Shown: positions 12,774 to 26,400, counted from the whole stretch's first letter. The stretch is 63,696 nt of DNA, filler included, from Chiloscyllium plagiosum (GCF_004010195.1; 3 parts of one record of this genome joined end to end with filler, not necessarily neighbours in it), one strand, 5' to 3'. Made by a program: numbers and translations. The notes: a model not told the origin generated them from the sequence alone.

Positions 12774-15283
12774 TTTCTAACATCTTCACTTGTATGTTCC
12801 AGTCAGGGGTAAACATGCCTTTCACCCAGGCTGCTTTCTTCCTCGTCACATTAGGCCACTGTCTGGGGATGGAACTCAGGAGATGATTCAGGTTTCACTG
12901 CTGCATCTCTTCCCTTGAGGTATTTCTCTGAAATTTCTTGACACCCTTCCAGGTGTGACATTTTATAGTCAACAAATACATTTTCACAACAGTCACTGAA
13001 TTGCATTCTCATCCATCTCTGACACGTGTCTTTTCTGTTTTAGAAACAGTGTCTTTCTTAGGAGCTCAAACAATCTGGGACTCTGATATTATCATGACAA
13101 ATATCATGGGCAGAGATCCCTCAGGACCATCTTCAATAAGACTTTCTCCACATTGCCCATCACATCTTCCTTATGTCACAGTCAGTGATGTTATCAGCTT
13201 TCTTATTTGATAATTGCTTCCTTCATAATTTATTTTCTCCCAAGTGTTCATTCCATTGCTGAATGTTTATATTTGTTTTATTAATTAATTTGTGTCCTCC
13301 TCCTGTCCTGACCAAATCTCTTCTGATTGGTCTTCAATCACTGACTGTGGTCTTGCTCCTTCTGGTGGATGTTTACGGCATGTACGGCGTGTTAACCTTC
13401 TTCTCAGGAGAACAGGTGAACACGCCTCTTCCTTTATTTGTGCATGGATGGGGGAAATGACCATGCAGCTGAATGTTGTCTGCTGCTTGTGGAGGTGACA
13501 TTGTCAAGTTCCCCTGGTTTTTGTTCAGTTGAATTTGGTTAGATATTCTCCAGTGTGGCTGGTGTGTGGAGTTGTCTAGTCGCTGAGGGAGCACCTCCCA
13601 GTGCTCCTGGTGTAGGGATCAATTTCTTTTATTGAGCTCTCCTCTTGAGATTTTCTCAAGTACTGTTTTGTGATTTTTGAGACCTACTTTTTCATTCTCA
13701 CTAACTCATTTGTTTAGATATTTGTGTCCTCCTCCTGTCCTGACCAAATGTTGTAACATTGCGTTTTGTATTTGTGTTGACATCGGGGATTTGAATTCAT
13801 GCTGAAGTATTAAACTTAAAGCCACAACACACAAGGGAACCACTTACTTCCAAGACACAACAGTATATAAAGACAACAGACAGAGATTGGCAATAAATGC
13901 TTTTCCTTAAAAAAAGTGACAAAGCTCTCCAAAGTCAAAATGCCATCGAATGTTGAGACCACAACAACATTATTGCACATTTATCTCTAGTACAGCCATT
14001 GCACATCAAGTAATTCACTGTGGCTGAGACATTTTATGATGTGATGGCACATAGATGCAAATCTTTATGAAACAAAACTGTTCACTATTAGATGATCTGA
14101 TTGATACCTCGCTCATTACCCCAGCATTCACTACATTCTCCCCCCATATAGAAGCTCCTAAACATTAGTAGCTTTAAGCTAGAGACTCCACATTAATTGT
14201 AAGCAATTCACTACTTCAATGATTTCAGGTATTCAGGGTTCCCAAATGCTCGAGTATTCCATGGTTAAAATGTTGAAACTGCTTTCTGCTCTGTGCAGAT
14301 CATGCCTTCATTTTGCAAATCCTCATTCCCATTTACAGGCCTTCTTGCTTCTTTATATCCCCCCCACCCAGCCCCTGTTTTCAGGCCACCTTCCCCACTC
14401 CTTTTGAAGTTCTTCCTCTCGCTTATCAGCAGCAAATGTAACTGAGAACCAGACTTCACCTGGAGGTTACACTCCTCACCAATTCGGTCCATTCTAGTTA
14501 CGGGCCATACATTTTCTGGTTGGTAAGCCCAGCAATTGAAATTTCTCTGGTACTCTGAGGACAGACATTAAACAAATTTACTCTGTTACAGGATCAATGA
14601 ATGTTGCAGGAGCTACCTCTGTCACAATCTCTGATGTAGTGGTTCCCTCAATGTGTCTGCTGCAGAACTTACAGATTCTCCTGCTGTCTTTGAGCATTCT
14701 TGTGTTCTCTCTTCCCTTGGAGACGTACACTTTGCGTTTGCCTCAGGCTTTATCCCCCGGGTAGTCCCTTCAATGTTCTCCACCAAAGCGGGTTGTGTTG
14801 AGGCTCTTTGTTGTTTTCCTTTGGTTGCTGTATCAGTTTAATGGACAGCCCCTTCTGTTTTTTGCAGCTCCCACTGCCAAGATAACTGAACTGATTTCAA
14901 CAATATGAAATCCTTTCTAGACTGTATAAAGTCTGATAGAGTCTCGCCATGAAGCTCCACAAGGATTCAGTCTCTGACTAACTCTTCTTTAAAGGGAGTT
15001 TTAGTTGCAATTATCGGCACATTGATCCTAGCCATTCACAAGTGAGTCTATACCCTCTTCTGGGTCCTGGGTGTATCTGTTACATTTAGCATGGTCAATC
15101 ATCATATGACTCACTAGGGTAGTGCTGAAACTCAAATTCTGCTATTCCTGGAGTCATCATAAAAGGTAAAGATTTTTAAAGATATGCAAAATTTGCCCAA
15201 CTTCCATGACTTTTAGACCCAGGTTGAGGGGAAGCACCAGCCAGATTGCTGTACTTAATAAAAAAATATGATTTATTGTAAGT

Positions 15284-16597
15284 TCAAAGTTTGTGAGAAG
15301 ATTTGTAGCTCGGGTGCTCGTTGTTGTGGTTCTGTTCGCCGAGCTGGAAGTTTTTGTTGCAAACGTTTCGTCCTCTGTCTAGGTGACATCCTCAGTGCTT
15401 GGGAACCTCTTGTGAAGCGCTTCTGTGGTGTTTCCTCTGGCATTTATAGTGGCCTGTCCCTGCTGCTTCCGGTTGTCGGTTTCAGCTGTCAGCTGTAGTG
15501 GCCGGTATATTGGGTCCAGGTCTATGTGTTTGTTGATGGAGTTTGTGGATGAGTGCCATGCTTCTAGGAATTCCCTGGCTGTTCATTGTTTCGCTTGCCC
15601 TATAATGGTAGTGTTGTCCCAGTCCCAGTTGCTTGTCGTCTGCGTGTGTGGCTACTAGGGATAGCTGGTCGTGTCGTTTCGTGGCTAGTTGAAGTTTGTG
15701 GATGCGGATCGTTAGCTGTCTTCATGTTTGTCCTATATAGTGTTTTGTGCAGTCCTTGCACGGGATTTTGTAGTGTACAGAAGCGCTTCACAGGAGGCTC
15801 CCAAGCACTGAAGATGTCACCTAGACAGGGGACGAAACGTTTGCAACAAAAACTTCCAGCTCGGCGAANNNNNNNNNNNNNNNNNNNNNNNNNNNNNNNN
15901 NNNNNNNNNNNNNNNNNNNNNNNNNNNNNNNNNNNNNNNNNNNNNNNNNNNNNNNNNNNNNNNNNNNNNNNNNNNNNNNNNNNNNNNNNNNNNNNNNNNN
16001 NNNNNNNNNNNNNNNNNNNNNNNNNNNNNNNNNNNNNNNNNNNNNNNNNNNNNNNNNNNNNNNNNNNNNNNNNNNNNNNNNNNNNNNNNNNNNNNNNNNN
16101 NNNNNNNNNNNNGTTGATGATCCGGTGTGTTTTCTCTATTTCCGTGTTTTTAATGATTACAAAGGTGTCATCAACGTATCTGACCCAGAGTTTGGGTTGA
16201 ATTTGTGATAAGACTGTTTGTTCTAACCTTTGCATAACTGCCTCTGCTATGAGTCCCGAGATCGGTGATCCCATGGGTGTTCCAAATCAACGGAACACCC
16301 ATGGGCTCACTACCATTATGGGGCAAGCCAAACAAAGAACAGCCAGGGAATTCCTAGAAGCTTGGCACTCATCCACAAACTCCATCAACAAACACATCGA
16401 CCTGGACCCAATATACCGGCCACTACAGCGGACAGCTGAAACTGACAACCGGAAGTGGCAGGGACAGGCCACTATAAATCCGGAGGAAACACCACAGAAG
16501 CGCTTCACAGGAGGCTCCCAAGCACTGAGGATGTCACCTAGACAGGGGACGAAATGTTTGCAACAAAAACTTCCAGCTCGGCGAACAGAACGACAGC
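15284..16597. mobile_element. Penelope-like retroelement (Poseidon-type) with inverted segments
   Basis: RT motif MGSPISGLIAE...WVRYVDDTF on minus; GIY-YIG C-terminus REFLEAWHS on plus; 13-bp near-duplication atttattg(t/c)aagt at 15271 and 16598. Confidence 0.9.
15805..15844 (+). ncRNA. Hammerhead motif in Penelope pLTR (further copies at 15359-15398 minus, 16522-16561 plus, 36204-36243 plus)
   Basis: gca CTGAAGA T GTCACCT-AGAC-AGGGGAC GAAA CGTT tgc. Confidence 0.65.
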
Positions 16598-17571
16598 ATT
16601 TATTGCAAGTAATTAGAGTTTAACCACAGGAAAACAGTTATAAACTATTAGCATTTAATACCACTAATCCTCTTTAAAACTTCCCCTTAGACACACACAC
16701 ACGTGCACACATACAAACACACGCACACACGCATGCACACACAAATCCACACACGGATGCATACACAAACATGCATACACACACACAAAAATCCACACGC
16801 GCACGTGCGCAATAACGAATTCTAGACAGAGGAAAGAATTTGAAATAGAAACAATGCAGTGATTCCTGCTGACAAGGGCTGCTGACATGATCCTTATGAT
16901 TCTTGTGCTAGTCAGAATGTTATTTCTCAGTCATCCTTCTCCAGATGCTTCCACTGATTTACCAAGACACAGAGAGGCCAGATCGCTTACTAAAGGTTTT
17001 GGGCTTATTAATTAAAAGCCACCACTTCCAACAACCATTGAAGGAAAATAAACTGATTTTCTCCAAGTATGAAATGGCTTAATGCAGAAAACAGAGAGAT
17101 TGCCTGGTTGGTGGAGACCTGATGGCTTGCCTGTGTCTCCTTCCTAGTCCCACGCTGTCCAGTTACCTGAGAACCAATCACACCATTGTTGGAAAGCAGA
17201 AAACCTTTGTCATCAATAACTGGTCCCACGTCCACAACTAATCAGCTTTTTTGTTGCTGCATCTGTACACAACCCATCAACTCCAGGTCATCTGTAACGT
17301 GGCTGTAACCTAGAGCTGTACAAAGAGGGTTCGCAAACAATATCAAATTACTTACTTTCAATCCAACCAGCTATCCTGGGTTTTTAAAACAGTTCTTTCC
17401 TCATTTCAGTCCCAAATTAAACAGCACAAAGAAACAAAAAGACATGGTTTTTAATTATCCAAACATTCTGTGTCATGTGAAAGGATTTATCCTGCAGTAC
17501 CTGAATCCTGAGCAATCTCTTGTCTGACATCAGTATATTGTCAACATGACTCTTCACTGAATATTAAAATG

Positions 17572-17648
17572 TGCTGACATATTCACTGTCTGGGGATGCT
17601 GACATATTCACTGTCTGGGGATGCTGACATATTCACTGTCTGGGGATG
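17572..17648. repeat. 25-bp tandem repeat x3
   Basis: tgctgacatattcactgtctgggga occurs as three perfect copies. Confidence 0.95.
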
Positions 17649-18234
17649 GTTAAAATCTTTGAGATGACTCTGAACAATTGAAGTCTTCTTCTGCATCACT
17701 GTGCTGCCTGGTCTGTTGCCTTGACATGCTGATGGGACAGAGATAGGAAAAAGGTCTTCTCTAGAACCAGGATAGCTAGCAGTGTATTGTATTGGGAATC
17801 AGGTAAAACCTCTCTTTGCTGGTGTTTCATACTGCGTGAGGTCATTTGCCAGTGGTTGGGGAAGGGGAAGAGGGGACTGCTCAGTCTGAGTTTTGATGCC
17901 CTAGTTAGCTTGGTCAGTCCACTGCACTATCTCCAAGTTTCACTTCCCACTGGACTCTACCTATTTTAGTCTCTGTCCATTGCCCCTCTCTCTGGAGTCT
18001 GAGCTTGCCAGGTTCTGTCAGGTTTAGCTCAGGTTCATTGGTGTGACCGAAAACAGGAGTCTGACTATTTTGATTGCGACCAGTTTTGTCTGTTTGTTAC
18101 ATTTATTGCTGCTGTTATTCCAGTGTCAGGATATGGCTGTTGTTGCTGGCTGCCTTAGGGTTGGTCTTCTACTGGAGAGAGCTCACCTTCATTTGCTTCC
18201 TTGTGCAGGTCTTTTGCCTTTCTGTGGCTGTGCC

Positions 18235-19270
18235 CTGCTTTAACAAATTTTCTGGAAGTGGCTTATTGTTTTACAATTGAAGTATTCTGTTTTAACAGCT
18301 GAATATTGTTTGTAATTGTAGAGTTTCTTTGGACCATTGTGCTGGTGGCTGTCCTATCCATGGTAGTGGCACGGTGGCACAGTGGTTAGCACAACTGCCT
18401 CACAGTATCAGAGATCTGGGTTCAATTCCCGCCTCAAGCAACTGTCTGTGTGGAGTTTGCACGTTCTCCCCGTGTCTACAAGGTTTCCTCCAGATGCTCC
18501 GGTTTCCTCCCACAGTCCAAAAATGTGCAGGTTAGGTGAATTGACCATGTTAAATTGCCCGTAGTGTTAGGTGAAGGGGTAAATGTAGAGAATGGGTCTG
18601 GGTGGGTTGCTCTCCAGAGGGTGGGTGTGGACTTGTTGGGCCGAAGGGCCTGTTTCCACACTGTAGGGGAATCTAATCACTGTACTGGCTTATCACATGT
18701 TTCTTTAGTGATATATAACTTGGGAATTGAATGGAATACAAAGGTTTGATACACCAAGTTTAATGTTCTCCCCTTCAGATAGAGATCCGTGTTACTATCA
18801 GACCATTGCTTCACTCACCATCTGAATGGGCTTTTCTAGAGTCTGGTCTTCTTTGGACTATAATAAATTTAACAGTCTGATCCGTAATCCCAGCAGTATT
18901 TAGGTTACTGATTAATATGGACTTTATGTCATCAAAATCACATTTATCCCCCGGTCTGTAGAGGTTATTAATGAAATAGTCTATGGACTTCTGTCAATGT
19001 TGTGTTCTTCTGCTAAATATTGTATTTTTAGTTCTGAGGTTTAAGTGATTGTCAAAGGCTTCCAGTACCTCTATGAATGTGTTTGTTGTTTCTTGGTAAG
19101 AAATAACTGCATCTGCTATAATCCCAATTGTGTACAGCTGTGTATTTATTTGTTCAACGTCTGACTTATCACCAGTTTCAAACAGTTAATATATCTCAAG
19201 AATTGTTTTTTTCAATGTCTAATTTTGTTTTGTATTTACCCCATCATTGAAATGGAATCTTCCTGGCAAT
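18235..19270 (-). mobile_element. Decayed Ty3/Gypsy gag (capsid + zinc knuckle), split by a SINE
   Basis: Minus frames give DKSDVEQINTQLYTIG...SIDYFINNLY...CDFDDIKS...TLEKPIQM and FNCKTISHFQKIC, with stops and frameshifts. Confidence 0.65.
18366..18678 (+). mobile_element. HE1-type SINE
   Basis: tRNA head, core and tail as at 4595. Confidence 0.9.
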
Positions 19271-21439
19271 CCTATTTCTTTTCTATTGTATCCTGATGTG
19301 TAAACCTACTTTGAAGATTTCCATGTTACAATCTTGGTGGTTCCTGCACTTTGCTGTTTTCCTGGAGAGTTTCCCTAATCTTTGCAGCTATGATGGAGGA
19401 ATTCCATGTTTTTGTACCGATAATGGAGGAAAAGCAGCTATACAGGAGATTTCCCTGCCTTTTAAAGATATCATGGAGGTTTTCCCTTCACTTATGTCTT
19501 TATTGAAGAATTTCCTGTCTTTTGTGGCTGCAATGGCATCTCCTGCAAAACTCCTGCCTTAGATCAGGATTGCTGACTTATTAAAATTTCCCAATGTTTA
19601 TTTGCTTTAAATGGCTACATTTGCAATTTCCTCGCTCTGCGGCCCCAGATTATACAAGGGGCCGTTCGGCCTCTCTTCGTTCCGCTTTATGCCGGCCTCA
19701 TGGCATCCATGTGCTATGATGATTGCAGCCAATCTGAGCTACAAATTATTGCTTTAGATTCTTACCTTTTCAGTCTGAAATACTGTGCTATTCAAGGTTC
19801 TCCCCTTGTACCAGAGATTTTTTAAAATTTTGATTCACTCAAAATTAATGCCTGTTGGATCATTGGCTGAACTTGGATTTGAGACTGCACACACAGACCA
19901 TGGGGTCTCCAGATGTAGTCTGGAACTCTGACTTAGTGCTGCAGATTTCTTCTGTGCTGACATGTCTTTAATTAAGTTTGAAATGCTTTCTATCATTCTT
20001 TGAATTAGTCTCCAGTATTGAATGTTGCCACAAGGCATTTTTGGGGCTTGCTGTTCCTCAGCAATCAGTATTATTTGTCTTCCTTGAAGTCTCTCTGTGT
20101 TACCGACATGTTTGCTGTATTGGTACGAGTGCTGCTAACCTCAATCTTCCGATCATTACCCGATATGTACTGCCATCCATATCTCCCAAGTGTGTTGGTG
20201 ACTTAGGGCCTTACGTGGTCTAATGAGTATGAGGGTAGCCACTTTCTGATCAAACAAGAAGAATCTTGTAAAGATAACAAGATGTAGCTGACTGCACTGC
20301 TACAATGATTTACAGATAGCCAGAACAGGCCTGCTATTAATAACAACAGCCTTACATCTGTCCTCCACAAGATCCTCATGTACCAGTCCACCAAGTCCTC
20401 AGGATACCATCAGAGTGGCTGGTGCTTATTGCATACAATCATGTCTTAACCCTTCCAGACCCATCAACAACAGGAACAAGCATCATCTTGTTATGTAAGA
20501 AGAAGAGAGGAAATGGGGAACTAAAGAGTAATGGGGGACATCACCCTCAGAAGAGCTGTGGAGCTGGGAGGAGTACTCCTATACTCTTCTGGATCACATG
20601 TCAAGCTGTGAAACAAATGAACATCTCATAAGCTGTCCAGGCTCTGACTTTAAGGTTATGTCTGCTTCTCCTAGACTACTGAATCAGCAGGAAAAAAAAA
20701 GGTTCTCTCAATCTGCTTCATCAGTTCCTTTCAAAACCTTAAATACCTCAGTCAAATAGTCACTTATCAAGCTGTATTCTAGGAAATATAGCCCCAGTCT
20801 ATGTCATCTTTCCACATAAGCTAATGCTTGGAGTTCCGGTGATATCCAGGTGAATGTGGACTGTATTGCTCCCAAGTGAGAGCTGGAATGTATGAATAGT
20901 GGGCATTCCATCTGGAGATCGGTGGGATGGCCAATTCCTGACTCCATCTTTGGAAGATGGTGCCTAATGTGCAGCAGCCAATCATATGCCACCTAGTGGC
21001 CAAGGACATGAACACCAACCAAATGCTGTCAGGGAAACTGAATACCAAAGTGGGGATATTATATTTCAGTTGTCCAGGGCACAGGAGAGATCACATCTCC
21101 AGGACTATGCACTGTAGTAGAGACCTTATTGAATGGGGGATGTTAACATATTGGAACATTTCGGAGAAGGTTCACTAGATTACTACCAAGAATGAGTGGG
21201 TCATAAGAAAAGGTTGGACAGGCTTGGCTCATATTTCCTAGAGTTTAGAAGATTGAGAGGTAACTTAATATAAGATCCTGAAGGTCCTTGAAAGGATAGA
21301 TGTACAGAGAATGGCTCCTCCTACAGGGAAATCTATAAGTAGGAGTCACTGCTTAAAAATCAGGGATTGCCCATTTGAACAGAAATTATGCATGCATTTT
21401 CTTTTAGTAGGTTGTAAATCTTTGAGGGTTCATTCACTC

Positions 21440-21650
21440 AGTTGGGTGGATGGCTGGTCTCTGATACTAGCAGCTAGCAGCGTGGGTTCAATTCCCATCC
21501 TGGCTGAGGTTAACACAAAGAATTCTCCTTCTCAACCTCTCCCATCGCCTGAGACATGGTGCCCCTCAGGTTAAACCACCATCAGCCATCTCTCTTTCTC
21601 TCTCTCTCCCTCTCTGTATCTAATGAGAGAGTAGCCCAAGGGCAACTTTC
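21440..21650 (+). mobile_element. Second tRNA-derived SINE family (related minus copy at ~8845-8975)
   Basis: B-box-like gggttcaattccc; shared ccttctcaacctctccc...ctcaggttaaaccacca. Confidence 0.6.
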
Positions 21651-21713
21651 CCCTTTAAAATGTTTGGAACTCTCTTCTTGAGAAAGCAGTGAAGGTGGAG
21701 CCTATTAAGGTTT

Positions 21714-22015
21714 TAGATTACTTACAGTGTGGAAACAGGCCCTTCGGCCCAACAAGTCCACACCGACCCACTGAAGTGTAACCCACCCAGACCCATTCCC
21801 CTACATTTACCCCTTACCTAACACTATGGGCAATTTAACGTGGCCAATTCACCTAACCTGTACATCTTTGGACTATGGGAGGAAACTGGAGCACCCGGAG
21901 GAAACCCACGTAGACACTTGGAGAATGTGCAAACTCCACACAGAGAGTCACTTGAGGCGGGAATTGAACCCAGGTCTCTGGCTCTGTGAGGTAGCAGTGC
22001 TAACCACTGTGCCAC
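21714..22015 (-). mobile_element. HE1-type SINE
   Basis: Reverse-complement head, core and tail. Confidence 0.9.
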
Positions 22016-22127
22016 CCATAAGTTCTTGGATATGTTTAAGGTAGAGGTAGACAGATTCTGCACAAGCAAAAGTTGGAAAGGTTATTGGCAGGTAGGCAGG
22101 AAGTCGTAATCAGTTCAGTCATGACCA

Positions 22128-22710
22128 GAGAGTCATAGAGATGTACAGCATGGAAACTGACCCTTCGGTCCAACCCGTCCATGCCGACCAGATATCCCAA
22201 CCCAATCTAGTCCCACCTGCCAGCACCCGGCCCATATCCCTCCAAACCCTTCCTATCGTATACCCATCCAAATGTTTTTATATTTTTAAGTATTGCAATT
22301 GTACCAGCCTCCACCACATCCTCTGGCANNNNNNNNNNNNNNNNNNNNNNNNNNNNNNNNNNNNNNNNNNNNNNNNNNNNNNNNNNNNNNNNNNNNNNNN
22401 NNNNNNNNNNNNNNNNNNNNNNNNNNNNNNNNNNNNNNNNNNNNNNNNNNNNNNNNNNNNNNNNNNNNNNNNNNNNNNNNNNNNNNNNNNNATTTATCTG
22501 AATTAAACTCCATCTGCCACCTCTCAGCCCATTGGCCCATCTGGTCCAGATCCTGTTGTAATCTGAGGTAACCTTCTTCGCTGTCCACTACACCTCCAAT
22601 TTTGGTGTCATCTGCAAACTTACTAACTGTACCTCTTATGCTCGCATCCAAATCATTTATGTAAATGATGAACAGTAGTGGACACAGCACCGATTCCTGT
22701 GGCACTCCGT
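22128..22710 (-). mobile_element. CR1/HER1 RT and 3' end, gapped
   Basis: GVPQESVLCPLLFIIYINDLD...SKFADDTKIGG and the 3' tail. Confidence 0.9.
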
Positions 22711-24149
22711 CATATTGAATGGCGGAGCAGATTGAAGAGGCTGAATGGCCTACTCCTTGTTGGTCTGTTTGTACGAAAATCTGGCAGTCAGGGTGCCCAA
22801 TCTTCAACCAGAAGATGGGCTAGCTCCAGAGTACGTTGGTGGGGGGTGCAAGCCATGACCTGGAAGGAGGTCTTGGCCCCTCATTTGAAGCTTTCCCCCT
22901 TGCATGATAACATGATATGGCCCTCAAAAGCTTTATGGATATTTAAGAATCTCGTTATGAAATTTTTGAATTTCTGCAATCTGTTGCTTTGGACACATGG
23001 AGTCAACAGAATTATACTTTCTCTGTAAGTACAATGACTGAGCAGGTGATAAAAATAATTGGTCATGGTAAGGTCTGATCAAATAGAATTGGAGGCTGGA
23101 GCTCCATGTAAGATGTCCTTTTTTACCATCCTCTGTCAGTAGTTATGTTCAGTAATGCTGTTGCTCTCCACTCACAAGAATGAAGTTCTGACATTATTTC
23201 AGAACGACCTGGAGTGGCTGGCGAGACCCTGAAGTGAAGACCTGGGGCAGCAAAACCAAAAGGCTAGCCCAGCGAGAGAAACCAAGAGCCGCAGAAAATA
23301 CCCAAAGTGAAGTGGTAAGGGCCAGCTAGAGGTGGACATTGAAATTTACTTAGACTGCGGAACGCATTCAGTGCAGAAACAGCCAGAGTTCTTGCACGAC
23401 AAAGAGACACCTGAAGCAAAATAAAGGTTTCTCTTTTTCAGAACTATCCAGAGCTGGGAAGATCACTCTGAATTTTTAGTTGGGGAAAACATTTGGTTTC
23501 AATCCACCAGAGATGACTTTGCCTCTGATAGAGTAACTCTCGAGCGAGGGAACAGACCTTTGTTTTAAGTTTTCAGAAGTCCACCTTGGAAGAGTAATCT
23601 GGCTGTGCTGAAAGTGACCAACTGCAGAATGTTTGTGAGTTGGAAAAGGATGTGAAGGAAGCTGCAGATTTTAAGCTCGTGACATCTAATCAGTCCAAAC
23701 TCTGGGATGAGATTGTGATTGACTGGGAGGTTTCAGATCAGACATGTCCTGCATTTGTGCAATCAAGCACCAAGTCTCCTAGAGATTCCTGTCCTGATGA
23801 AAGAATCCGAGAACAACAGCTTTCAAAACCTCTTCTAATTTGTGACGGTGAAACTCCACATTTTCACGGAGTCCCTCAATTTATGTGGAAAAATGGCCTC
23901 CAGTTGAAGGGAATATTCCTACAACTTCACAATTCTTACAACAGCGCCACAATGGTCCCTGTCTTCTCTGGGCAATCTTTGAACTCACGAGAGTAGGCGA
24001 GTAGTAGATGTATTATAGAGGATCGCAACTCCAATCGGGCAATATCTTTCCTTTCCAGGGAGCACCATATGAAGTATATTCATTCCACCCGTCCACAATA
24101 AGGGCTGAGAATATGGTAGGAGATTGAAACCTTGGCCAGAAGAGCCTTT

Positions 24150-24697
24150 TAGATTACATTACATTAGATTTAGATTACATTACAGTGTGGAAACAGGCCC
24201 TTCAGCCCAACAAGTCCACACCGACCCGCAACCCACCCATACCCCTACATTTACCCTTTTACCTAACACCATGGGCAATTTAACATGGCCAATTCACCTG
24301 ACCTGCACATCTTTGGACTGTGGGAGGAAACCGGAGCACCCGGAGGAAACCCACGCAGACACGGGGAGAATGTGCAAACTCCACACAGTCTGTCGCCTGA
24401 GGCGGGAATTGAACCCGGGTCTCCGGTGCTGTGAGGCAGCAGCGCTAACCACTGTGCCACCGTGCCGCCCACAAAAGAAACCCACCCAGACCCACTGACT
24501 AATGCACTTAACACTCTGGGCAATTTAGCATGGCCAATTCACCTAACCTGCACATCTTTGGATTGTGGGAAGAAACCAGAGCACATCTACACAGACACAG
24601 GGAGAATGCGCAAACTCCACACAGACAGTCACCCGAAGCTGGAATCGAACAAGGGACCCTGGTGCTGTGAGACAACAGTGCTAACCACTGAGCCACC
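24150..24697 (-). mobile_element. Two adjacent or nested HE1-type SINEs
   Basis: Two SINE bodies at about 24150-24470 and 24480-24697. Confidence 0.85.
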
Positions 24698-25869
24698 AAG
24701 CATTCAATATAGATGGTTATATTGAATGCTTTGTTATGAATGTGTGCAAACCATCTGCTGGTGTGGGAGCAGAAGCACCATTATCATGGAGAACAATACC
24801 ATTGGGATGAAAGGAATTAAGGGACACGGGGAGAGTGCAGGTAAGTGGTGTTGAAATGCCCATCAACCATGATTGAATGGCAGAGAGGACTCGATGGGCC
24901 GAATGGCCTTACTCCCACTCCTATGTCTTATGGTCTTATGGATGGAGCTGATCCATTGCCCTGTCCTTTGACTGCCTTTGTCACTCCACAATGACTGAGA
25001 AACCAAAATATGATGGTAACTCCCTCCCAGTTCTTCCCTGTTGAGCTTGTGATGGGTGAGAGAGCCACGTGCCTGTGTTCTGGATGAGGATGGCCTCCTT
25101 GCCAGCCTGGATAAAGGGGACAGAGGAGGTCAGTAGCCTCCAGCAACCCTGGCTGTACTGCCACAACAGGCTCCATTCACTTTTCAGGTCTCCGAGAACG
25201 AGGGGGTCAGCGTTCTAGGAAGGGTCACGTATGGAACAGGGAGTCAACTCTGGGATGGTGTTATGTGTTGCACACATGTGTAAGGTGGTGTGATGCAGAC
25301 ATAGCATCGGCACAGCAATAGGAGCTTTAAGGTGGGGCTGTGTCAGTAACAAATTCAATCCTGTATTTTGGTAAAAGGTGTTGAGGGGAGTGTCCAGTGG
25401 CCGAGTCCCGTCCCATGGCTTGCATGGTCTAACATTGTCTTCACAAACTCCCTTAGGGAATGCAGGAGAGGCAGCACATACCTGAGTGAGGAGGGCCAAA
25501 TGTGAACCAGCCTGACCCCAGGAATACATTTTTATCATCCCATCACCATTCACACGCGGCTGGGGGAGGGGCAGCTGATGTGAAACTGGTAGGAAGTGCA
25601 CATTGATGGATTAAGACTTTGAAAGCTTTACCTACATCATGAAGCAATGGCCACTTCCGTGGTGAATGGTGTAACGTTCAAACGCTGACTCATATCTTCC
25701 AATGGTTGCAGTGTTTGTTATGATGAAGTGCATCTCAGCACACTCACCTTGAAGGTGGAAAATGCCCCTCACTCTCCTTCCTTTCGTTTCCTACATGGGC
25801 ACAAGATCAGCTGGTGCAGGTACTGGCCCTGGGGCCAGACCAATGTTTGTTTCTGAGGAGAAAGAGAAT

Positions 25870-26400
25870 GCTTGAAAGCTGCAGTGTCACATCCTGCACA
25901 ACACTGTGCACCCGCTAAGATACACTATGGTGAGTGTGTGGCTGTGGTTCAGCTCTGGTACCTGAGAGTACTGGAAGAGGTACATATCATGGCTGTGCCC
26001 CAGACAAACCTGCACAGTTCTTTGACTGCGACAGAGCACAGTCTGCACACTTATTGAGGGGTATCCTTCTTGCTCTGTGCTGTCCAGCTGGTGATTTGAT
26101 GGGTACAATCGGTTACCCTGTACCCGTGGGCAGCAACCATGGCTGCACAGCCTTTGCCTCTTTCTGCTTGACTGGTTTTGTTAAATATAAAAGAAACATA
26201 CCGATGGACATGATTAAACATGACTCCAATAAAGACCTTAAGACCTAAAGACTGGGTGCTGTGGGGTTCCACTGAGGTCTCCACATGAGGCCTGAAATGA
26301 GCTGGAAGTAAAGAAGTTCACGGCTATAGTTGTCTTTAAGGCCACAGACATCAGTTGGTCACCCACACAATTCAAGGTCACTGAGGAATGTTTCAGATGT
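25870..26400 (-). mobile_element. PIF/Harbinger transposase (HARBI1-like) relic
   Basis: MSVALKTTIAVNFFTSSSFQASCGDLSG, VTDCTH and HSHDMYLFQYSQVP match Harbinger DDE motifs; frameshifted. Confidence 0.75.

Noticed and set aside
12194..12886. Long Cys/Val- and His/Thr-rich ORFs
   Set aside because: Translation artefacts of the (GT)n/(CA)n repeat.
18040..18360. Endogenous DNA-virus helicase
   Set aside because: Better explained as the zinc-knuckle end of the adjacent Gypsy gag relic.
23640..23996. 118-aa plus-strand ORF as a viral or host gene
   Set aside because: No recognisable motifs, a non-ATG start, and the better splice signals are on the opposite strand.
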